In this document: piece by piece, positions 37,557 through 49,200 of the stretch
Numbering within the stretch: position 1 is the first letter of the stretch
Layout of the letters: every line of letters begins with the position of its first letter
DNA from: Octopus bimaculoides
Lineage: Eukaryota
Assembly (NCBI RefSeq): GCF_001194135.2
Contig: NC_069005.1
Span: forward strand, 29,402,683 to 29,453,538
Length of the DNA: 50,856 nt
Direction of reading: 5' to 3'
Translations under genes and position numbers: made by a program
Notes under the pieces: generated by a model
Seen by the model: only the letters and a program-made list of their open reading frames with translations
What the model was told of the DNA's origin: nothing
Databases searched by the model: none

Positions 37557-40500
37557 GTCAAGACAAAGAGCGCAATTCGATTGTAAGATATTTTATTGGT
37601 TGAATGATATTTCAACAGTAAGCCTGTCTTTGTCAAGATCAATCATCTCAATCTACTTGATTTTGATATTTTAAAAAGGATTGACGTAACTCTTCACAAA
37701 GGTAAACAGTCAAGACGAAGAGCGCAATTCGATTGTAAGATATTTCATTAGTTGAACGATATTTCAGCATCAAAATCAAGTAGATTGAGATGATTGATTT
37801 TATGGTACACCGAATAAGAATTGGAACATCTAGAAATTCTGGAAGTTACCAAAGCAGCTGGGTGTCTAAGGCAACGTGTGGACGCTGGTTGCTCTCGTTC
37901 ATACTTTACGTTTAAATTTCTATAACTTTGAATTTTTATCACTCCTTATTTTTGAACTTGACAAAGACAGACTTAACTGTCGAAATATCGGTCAACCAAT
38001 AAAATATCTTACAATCGAATCGCGCTCTTTGTCTTGACTGTTTACCTTTGTGAAGAGTTACGTCAATCCTTTTTAAAATAATAATAATGATGATAATAAT
38101 AATAATAATAACAACAACAAATTCATTGAACTTACCTCCTCTTCAGTTGGATAAAACCCCATTGCCCTCAGCACAAATGGTATTTCTGTGATTGGGATGG
38201 TTGTTGTCACAGGTCTGGTTTCCATGGAGTCAATGCCGGAACTGATATATGAAGGGATATGGGGAAAAAAATGTGAACAAATAAGAGGGCACATGATGGG
38301 GGTGGAGAAGAAGGAATTAAAGGTGAGAAAATGGTCCTGGATAGATTTACAGATGTTGAAAGTGAATATGAATTGTATTAATGTCAAACAGGGTGGATAA
38401 AATAAGTATCAGTTGAGCACTGGGGTTGATGTAATCAATATGACCCTTCTCCTGAAATTGCTGGCCTTGTGTCAAAATTCGAAATCAATATCATAATGAA
38501 ATAAATCCAAAGTTCTCAAAATATTCAATGCTTTTTGGAAGAGACAAGTGAAAGAAAGAGACTTACCATCTGAGCTGAGAGTAGTAGAAATATTTCTCAA
38601 GGTCGTGAAATACATCACCTTCTCTTCCACCTTCTATGAGTTCATAGAATGGGATCAGATCTTCGCCACCCAGTTTCACTTGTGCTTCCAAGGCGCTGGT
38701 TAATTAACAAAAATACATACGCATATATATATATATATATACTTACATATGTATATCTATGTATATCTACTAAACATATCTATGTATAACTACTAAACAT
38801 AATGCAAACCTACCTTATATTGGTGTTCCACATGTGTAGTGAGGCATCCTTTCGGCTGGTTGTGAACAAATATTTCCCATCATAACTGGCAGATACGTTA
38901 GCCACCTACAACACAACAGAATTGTACTTCATTATGGACAGTGGATTAGCAGAATTGGTAAAACACTGTTTAGCACTCCCACTCGATAATTTACTTATGG
39001 TGAGCCACGGTATAGTGCTATCGGCCATTGTACAGTGACTAAAATAGCATAAGAGAAACAATCTTTTTGGTCAGTTCATAGCATCACCTGTCTGATGTCT
39101 GTCAATGAAGGGGAGACAACTACTCTGACGTGCTGGCATTGCACATTCTAGGTAGGTGGCACTGCAAATTGATCTAGGTGTATCCACACCATTTGTCTAC
39201 AGCAAGAAATTTTCTCCATGGCAAAACATGGTGAATGGCTTGTTCCCCAGTTTGAATGTACCTGAAGCATATTTGAACTGGGAAAAACATTGCAAAGTAA
39301 ATGTGTTTCAATGTTTAGCTGTGGTAAGGCAGTGAGCTGGCAGAATTGTTAGCATGCATGTTAAAATGCTTAGAGGCAATTTGTTTGCCCAAATTCTGCT
39401 GAGATCGACTTTGCCTTTCATCTTTTCAGAGTCAAAAAAGAAAGTACCAGTCAAGCACTGGGGTTGATGTAATCAACTCAACCCCCTCCCCTGAACTTGC
39501 TGGCCTTGTGCCGAAGTTTGAAACCAATGTCATCACCTATTCTCTCTCTCCAGGTGATGACATTTAGGTTTGAGTAGTTATCAGTAGGAAATGCATCAAG
39601 GCCACAACTGTCGAAACCTCCTCTGACCTACATGTGCTTACTGTACTACTGTATGGTTGTTGGCACTCCATCGCTTACCTCGAGGGTCCCAGTTGATCCG
39701 ATCAGCGGAACAGCCTGCTCGTGAAATTAACATGCAAGTGGCTGAGCACTCCACAGACACGTGTACTCTTAACGTAGTTCTCGGGGATAGTCAGCTTGAC
39801 ACAGAGTTTGACAAGGCTGACCCTTTGAATGACAGGCACAACAGAAACAGGAAGTAAGAGTGACAGAAAGTTGTGGTGGAAGAGTATAGCAGGGTTCGCC
39901 ACCATCCTCTGCCGGAGCCTCGTGGAGCTTTAGGTGTATTCGCTCAATAAACACTCACAACGCCTGGTTTGGGAATCGAAACCGTGATCCTATGACCATG
40001 AGTCCGCTGCCCTAACCACTGGGCCATTGCACCTCCACTACTGTATGGTAAAACAGACGTAAAACAGTAAACAAAAACCATACTTACACCGTCAGGATGT
40101 GCGATGAAAGCCGTGGATTTATGTCTGTTACCATCAATTGGTAGCACTTGGAGACCAATTTTGTCTGTTGTGATGAAAGCCATGTATCTAGAGTTGGCTT
40201 CACTTTCTGTTTTTGGTAGAACAATGATTCTGAAAACAAGGAAATAAATGTAGACAATGCAGTTTATATGAACTGGGGGAGAAAATGGAGGCTTGAGAAG
40301 ATAATCTTATAGTATAAAAGAGAAGCTGTTCTCTGTGTGTCTGTCCTGTCAATCACAAGATATATATGAAGGAGAGGAAGAAGGGGAGGAGAAAAGTTTT
40401 GGTTGAGAGAGAAATACAGTGAGATAGAGAGAGCGTGTGTGAAAGATAGATAGGTAGTGTTGTCACCATAGCAACTAACAAGTTTTGATTAAAAATGCAG

Positions 40501-41587
40501 GAATTATAAGTGGAAGTCTAAGACAGTTGACAAAGAGGGGTTCAGGAAGAGATTTTGCTGCAAAAGGTTACAAATCTTCTATTCAAACTGGTGGCACAAT
40601 GTGCCAGTTCACAATTCTATCTATTTGATAGAGATGAGTATTAAAATTGTCCCTCACTCTACTTACAGTCTAGACCTTGCACCCTGTGACCTTTGGTTAT
40701 TTCCCAAGCTGAAGGAATACCTCAGGGGCAGTCATTTTGAAGATGAAGGAAGCTGTGAGAAGGGTTCATTTTGGAGGACTTCCAAGGGACCCTTCACGAA
40801 ATAGCTGGAGCACTACAATAAGTGCATCGAAGTCAAAGGATCCTACTTTGAAAGAGATTAGTTTTGTACTTTGTTTAAATTAATACAAACCTCTCCTTAA
40901 AAAGTCCCCAAACTTCTTGAATGCCCCTTGTAAACCATTCGGTCATACAGTGCCAAAGTAGTATATAATGTAGCCCTTGATATACAAAAGAGAGGAAGGT
41001 TATGGCTGGAAAGCATTTGATCATAGGTTTGCCTGATCTGGACTGACTCAGGGCTAAACAAAAAAAAAAACAGCACCTTCATAATCAAAAGAAAATTTAT
41101 AAAAAAAAAACAAAAGCAATGAAGTTTACTAACTTGGTTAATGGTGATCCATATGTAGGGGAAAGAATTGTCTGTCTGCACATTTTCGTAGATGAATTAT
41201 ACAGCTTGTATTTGTACTGAAATAAATAATAAACACAATGAAGGAGGATAAGAAAAATCTTGTCTCTTAAATTATTCTCTTATTAGGCACAAAAATGGCT
41301 GTGCGGTTAAGAAGTTCGCTTTAAGACATTGCTATATAACCTCAGATCGACCAATGCCTTGTGAGTGAATTTGGTAGACAGAAACTGTGAGGAAACCTGT
41401 CTATAAATACATATATATATAGGCACAGGAGTGGCTGTGTGGTCAGAAGCTTGCTTCCCAATGACATGGTTCCAGGTTCAGTCCCACTGCGTGACACCTT
41501 AAGCAACTGTCTTCTATCATTAGCCTTGGCCCGACCAAAACCTTGTGAGTGGATTTGGTGGACGGAAACTGAAAGAAGCCCACTGTA

Positions 41588-41639
<52 letters not shown>

Positions 41640-43410
41640 GGCAAACAGTCACAACTACAGAGGCTGCATAGGAAGATGGGCAGGTCAAGGTTGCTTGTCA
41701 TGTTATTTTTCCTCCTTTTTTTCTCTTGCCTGCATGGTTTCCATCTACAAAATTCACCCACAAGGCATTGGTCAGCCGGTGGTTAGAGAACCAAATGCAG
41801 TGTAGTAAAACTGGACAACAAAACCACGAAGCTGTGAAGCAAACCGCTTGACCAAGCAATCAATATTACACTTTGGACCTTATGTCATAATTATCATTAT
41901 GTAAATTCTTACCTCATTGTTGACAGTTAATATAAAATATTCCTTGGTAAAAGAAGGATACCAAGCCATGCAAAGGGGGATGGCACTCTGTTCAATACGG
42001 TCGACAGACAGGAGCTGCACTCCTTCAGCATTGTCAGGCAAAATGTCATATTCAACCTAGATGCACAACGAGACAACACACATAAGTAATCAGCTCCTTT
42101 TATCAATATATAATATACAGGGTGTCCACAAAGTCTGGGTACATGTGTGTGTGTGCAGGGGTGTGTGTGTGTGTGGGGGGGCAGTCCGTGAATAAATTTG
42201 CATGCATTCATTTAGAGCTGTGTGGTTGACCCTTTAGCATTTTATGTTTAAACTGGTCAGTATCCAGCTTCTTGCATCTACCCTGCAATGTCAGTCTAAA
42301 AAATAAACTATCACATCTTTGAAATCTTGAAGCTCCAAGATAATGCATGATTAATTCAAAACAATGGGAAGAAATAAGAATTACATTTGGCAGAATAATC
42401 TGAATGCTAAAGGGTTTAACTGGCCATATTTGGCCTCTCACACCTACCTTACAATATCATTCTAAAAATAAACAATCACATCATCAAAATCCCAAAGCTA
42501 AGTGATAATGCATGACTAATTCAAAGCAATGTGAAGAAGTAAGCTTTAAACTTGACAAAAGTAATCTGAATGCTGAAGGGTTAAAGCAAGGGGTGGGGGG
42601 AAGTGCTGTCTCTCTTTCTGCAGAACGCTTCATTACTTACTAATCTTCTGTCTTCTCCAAGCGACAAGAGAACTGGAACCAACGACTGAAATGTCTCCCG
42701 GAACATTAAGTCACGGATGGGTTGGTAGTGGGAACGATAACGACCAATGTAGCGGAATGTATCACCTTCTTTTTGTAGCAAACACACTGCGTAGCCGGAA
42801 TCCTTCAAAATAAAACAATAACAGAGTAAGAAATGATGTAAATCACGTTGGAGATTGCTATGAGATGAAGAAGAAGAAGAAGAAGAAGAAGAAGAAAGTG
42901 CCAATGGCTTGGATTTGTTTAAGGTGGGCTTCGACTTGTCAGGAAGTGACTTACACACTTAGTTTCATGAACTTCCTCTGTGGCACATATAAAATGAGAC
43001 ATGCAAGATCCAGTTATCAAACTGGAATGGACTGTCATTGACCCGCTTATAGTTTTGAGTGATGCCTTCTGTAGCATGTCCGTCATGCATAACCCTCTTC
43101 ATTATTTGTCTGAAATTTTAAGGTGTTTCCATTATTTTGTCCAACCCTCTCACATTCACATTGCTCTGTCAAATGAAATGCTTCTTTATTCAAATGCTCA
43201 CACACACCATAAATCATCATCATCAACACTATCATTTTAGTGTTCGATTTTTCCATGTTGGCATCGGTCAGACTGAATTCATTGATGTAGATTTTCCACA
43301 GTTGTATACCCTCTCACTCTCTCTCTCATACATGCACACACACAAACACAAATACACATACACATATGTGTACATACACGATGTATATAAAATATATCTA
43401 TGTACATGCA

Positions 43411-43482
<72 letters not shown>

Positions 43483-44703
43483 CACACACACATATATACA
43501 AAAACACACATACATATATGTATGTAAATTTGTGTTGGACAAGCCATGTCTCTAAAATTGTCAAGATACAGAACAAGACCAACACCATTATCATCATACA
43601 TTTTTTTTTTTTTCCATTCAAGTACAGGCTGGCTAGAGCTCTTATACAATATTCTATCCAGATTTACATATTCTACATATAAGCGCTATCATAAACCCCA
43701 AAACATCTTTCCCTCACACCACCCAGCATCTATTACATCATTCGTTGGCAAGACGTGTCTATCAGGGGAGTTGTCTCTTTTGCATTCACTGACTTGACAG
43801 CTGGTGTGTCAGATAATGTTACTTACAGCGATGGCAAGATATCTTGAGTGTTCAGAGAAGGCAAGATGTGTGATATAATCTGAGCAATAATGATGAATGT
43901 CGGATTCTTGGCTGGTTAAAGTCAAGGCATCCAGTATGTGTATCATTCCATTTGTAAAACCAACACCTAGAATAAAGCAAATTTATATATATATACTTTA
44001 TTAAAAAGCAGCAAGAATATCATAAAAGATGTTACTCAGTTTCATGTTCCCATTTGTTGGACAGTTTTGTGTAGAATCTTAACAAAACTGTCCGACAAAT
44101 GGGAACGTGAAACTTTCCAAGGGAAAGGTAAAGGCCGATACAGTTTGGCACCAGTGACATCACAACACATTTTTAAAGCTGAGAGAACTGGAGCAATGTG
44201 AAATAAAGTGTCTTGCTCAAGAACACAGCACGCAGCCCGGTCCAGGAATTGAACTCACAACCTCACGATCGTAACTTTCCAACGCAAGACTACAATGTAG
44301 ATCTGAACTAAACCAGATGATATTTGATAAGTGGCCTAAGTTACAGCCAAGTTTAGGACTGAGTGTGTGTGGAGGGTGGGGGACCAGGCCTTCAACAACA
44401 ATAATAAATGGAAAACTTATAAAGAGTGGGGCTTACCAACGTAAAAGCCATCGGGGCTGTAAACACAGCACTGTATCATCGCATCTTCAAACTGACGAGA
44501 AGACAGCACTGTTCTGTAAACACACAAAAGCAAATAATGCGTTGTTTCCAAATATTTCAGTTTATAACAAGAATTAACAAAAAAAGAAACAACACATGCA
44601 GACAAACAGACATACATGTACACACACACACACAAACAGATACACACACACATGGCATGACTGTGTTCAAGTTTAACTCTTTTATTAATTATATTATTAT
44701 TAA

Positions 44704-44767
<64 letters not shown>

Positions 44768-46229
44768 TGTATTTTAGCATTATTTCCTTATGTTTAGTGT
44801 ACATCAATAACAGCTAAGTCCACCAAATTTGTAGGCCACGTCAGCCAGTTGTTCAATAAAGCATGTTTGAAAAAACAGTTGTTCCCTATATACACAATAT
44901 ACATACACACACACANNNNNNNNNNNNNNNNNNNNNNNNNNNNNNNNNNNNNNNNNNNNNNNNNNNNNNNNNNNNNNNNNNNNNNNNNNNNNNNNNNNNN
45001 NNNNNNNNNNNNNNNNNNNNNNNNNNNNNNNNNNNNNNNNNNNNNNNNNNNNNNNNNNNNNNNNNNNNNNNNNNNNNNNNNNNNNNNNNNNNNNNNNNNN
45101 NNNNNNNNNNNNNNNNNNNNNNNGCGAAGGGCTTCCAGCCCTAAAAACTCTAGTGGCGGTGGTAGTGGCATTGCAAGTTGGGACCACGATGCTTGCAATA
45201 AAACAATGAAGATTTGCTTGTTTTACTAGAGAAACTGAAATAATATAATTCCTCATTATAGTTACATACTTCTTCTCGTAATCACACAGTCGGAGAAACC
45301 CACCATGACAACCGGTCAGCAGATATGGTCTGTAAGTAATAGAAAAAAAAAGAAGCAAATTAGAAAGCAAAAACATCAAAAGAAGAAGCAAAAATAGATA
45401 AATATTTGTCTTTCAGTCACAAGTAAATGAATAGGAATGTAAAACCCGGCGCCATATAACAAAACCATTCACACCAATAGTATATAGAAAGTTTGTTTAG
45501 AAAAAAAAACTATGAACTAATATAGTTCTTAAACTTGACAGCAACAGGAAAGGTAATTTGCTGGTGTAATGGTACCACACTCAGTCACGTTAACAAAGGG
45601 ATGTGGGTTCGATTCCCACACAGATAAGAAAGCCTACTTTTTTTTCTGTTGAGGGCCCATTATTAGACTATTTTCCATGGTCATTGCATGGTGATCGCTA
45701 AAAGCTTTAGGCTTATACAAATATTATTATTTACAGGATTGTAAAACCTGGTGCCATATAAAAAAAAACCATTTGCACCGAAAGTATATAGAAAGCTTGT
45801 TTACAAAAACAACTATGAACTAATATAGTTCTTAAATTTGACAGAAACAATCATATCAGCACATTGCATTGGGCAGATATATACCCAAATATTAATTCAA
45901 TCAGCTGCCATTATAATAATAATAATAATCTAGGGCTCAGTTTTTCAACATTGTTTAATATTGTGAAGCTGTAAGGTGGTGAACTGTCAGACTCATTAGC
46001 ATGCTGGGCAAAATGCTTAGTGGCATTTCATGTGTCTTTACGTTCTGAGTTCATACTCTGCCAAGGTCAGCATTGCCTTTTATTCTTTAGGAGTCGATAA
46101 AATAAGTACCAGTTGATCACTGGGTTTCAAGGTAATCTACTGAAATTGCTGGCCTTGTGTCAAAATTTGAAATCATCATCATCATCATCACCATCACCAT
46201 CACCACCATCATCATCATCATCATCATCA

Positions 46230-46288
<59 letters not shown>

Positions 46289-49200
46289 AAGGTGGCGAGC
46301 TTGGCAGAATCATTAGCACACCAGGCAAAATGCTTAGTGGTATTTCATCTGTCTTTATGTTCTGAGTTCAAATTCTGCTGAGGTCAATTTTGCCTTTCAT
46401 CCTTTCAGGGTGGATAAAATAAGTATNNNNNNNNNNNNNNNNNNNNNNNNNNNNNNNNNNNNNNNNNNNNNNNNNNNNNNNNNNNNNNNNNNNNNNNNNN
46501 NNNNNNNNNNNNNNNNNNNNNNNNNNNNNNNNNNNNNNNNNNNNNNNNNNNNNNNNNNNNNNNNNNNNNNNNNNNTGAAATTGCTGGCCTTGTGCCAAAA
46601 TTTGAAACCAACATTATGAAACTATGATCCTACCTAAATGGGTGTGTAGCAATTGCTGGTACAATGCTTCCATGGTCCTTCATAATTAACTGAAATAGAG
46701 ATTAGTCTTTCATTTAATAAATATCTCAGTTGAAAATATAATTTATAAATAATATAAATATCAGTTACGGAGATGTACTTGCATAGCAAGTGACCTGATC
46801 TGAGATTGTGTGCTGGAACAAAGACAATTGCAGCGTGGAAAGTGTTTATAAGCCATTTAAAAACACACAAAACCAGTTAGATTCACTTCAACATTCAAAT
46901 TTAATTTGCCAAAATATTTTTGGCGCTTTGAGACCGCGACCTGATCACTGACGGAATTTTGTCAGTGATCATGTCACGGTCTCAAAGTGACGAAAATACT
47001 TTGGCAAATTAAATTTAAATGTGAAAATGAATCTAATGGTTTTTGTGTGTTTTTAAATAAATATCAGTATCATATTAAAACAAAATTAAATTTTGGAATA
47101 TAAAGTAGCTTTAATAGTGTAAGCATGTGATAAATAATGTAGTTTTATAGCCATTTGGTGTCTTCTTCTAGTATGTGGTATTACTTGGTAGTTGCCCTTA
47201 TTATATTTATATAATTAAAGCGAAATCGTGAGGGCACCTGTGCCCAGAGTCGCCTTCCTGGCACTTGTGCGGGTGGCACGTGTAAGACATTCGAGCGAGA
47301 TAGTTGCCAGTGCCGCTGGATTGGCTCCTGTGCAGGTGGCACGTAAAATACACCATTTTGTGCATGGCCATTGCCAGTACCGCCGGACTGGCCTTCGTGC
47401 CGGTGGCACGTAAAAGCACCCACTACACTCTCGGAGTGGTTGGCATTAGGAAGGGCATCTAGCTGTAGAAACTCTGCCAAATCAGATTGGAGCCTGGTGC
47501 AGCCATCTGGTTCGCCAGTCCTCAGTCAAATCATCCAACCCATGCTAGCATGGAAAGCGGATGTTAAACGATGATGATGATAATGATGATGATGTTAGCT
47601 ACTTGATAAAATCCCATATAGATTTTATCCTTGATTATAATGATATATATGTGTGTGTGTATACATACATACGTATACTTTAAAGTGGTTACCGTGATTG
47701 TTGGCCCCTCTGCTTTGACAAAACCACATAACGCATTGGTTGAAGACAAAATAAAGTCTGGAGATATGAAAGGTTCACCAGCGAGAGTACAAGAGCGTGG
47801 GTATTTTTCAGGGTGTTGGCTGTGGAAAAGAAAAAAAAAAGAAAAGAAAAGAAAAGGCAAATGATTAGACAACAAGTAAAAAAAACACAAGCACTCATAT
47901 ATGATATACATATGCACACGCAAAATAAATATATACACAATCACATATGCATGCATGCATATAAGCAAGCACATATAAAACATAAACACACACATGCATA
48001 CACACAAACACAAGCAAACATACAACCATATGCATACACATGCACATACATGTAGACACAAGCAAACACATGCATCACCCACACACACACAAGCAAGCAC
48101 ATACAACTATATTCATACACACACACAAGCAAACAGATACAACCATATGCATGCACACACACACACACACACACACACACAAGCAAACAGACACAACCAT
48201 ATGCATACACATACATGCAGACACCATCCAACACATGCGTCATCCACACACACACACAAGCAAGCACACACAACTATATTCAGGAAAAAAAAAAACAGCC
48301 TACAGATGAGAACAACAGAGAATAGTTGTTGACAGCGTATGCTCCATAGGGAGCAATAGACAGAAGTAGGTAAGTAATGCACGAAATAGTAAGTTTCTTT
48401 ATACTTACATATTTTTACTTAGGGGACAAAAAGAAATAAAGTTGACAGGTCCCAGATCAAAATTACTGTACCTGGAATTAGTCAAGAAAAGAAAATTTTA
48501 GTCTACAAATATCAGGCAATGTCAAGACAATATATATACAAGGGATTGCAGAAAATTTCCTGGCTTTGAGTAAAAGAATATACAGGAGGATCAGTTAATC
48601 ATGATTTTATTCAACATATTCCCCTCTAAAAGCCAGAAATTTTACAGCATCCCCTCAAGGTGATCAAAAATCAAAAAAGGCAACACGGATTTTAAAGGTT
48701 ATTGCAGTAACGCACGTTTCATGCTACTCCATTTATTTAAGCAATGCGAGCATTACATTAAATGCAAAATGCAGAGCAATCTTCAGCTGCACAAAGCTAT
48801 AGAAAATCTACTGAAAACTTCAGCAGAATGGACATATTTACTATTGTGGCAACATTTAAAATCTAAGTGGGAAAGAAGAATACATAAACACCCATCTTGA
48901 CATAGCCAAAGCTAGCAGGCTATATATATATGTGTGTGTGTGTATATATATATGTATGTATATGTATACATAAGGACATGTACATGTATATATGTGCAAA
49001 TGCACACACATACACCTCAATCATTTAGCTAACATTAATGTGTGTCTGACAATTGTGCAATGGGTTCTGTACTTACCGATGCATCAGCATCAGTTTTTGG
49101 TTGAAGAAACTCACTCTACCTTCCATATCACCAATGACAATGTTGCTGCAAAAGAAAGACAACAAGAAAGAACCTATTATAGATGAGTGAATATGCTTGT

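Noticed and set aside
45266-45269. Alternative donor TAT|gtaact for CFAP251 exon 45270-45329
   Set aside because: It would end in phase 0 and break frame with the next exon, which needs phase 2.
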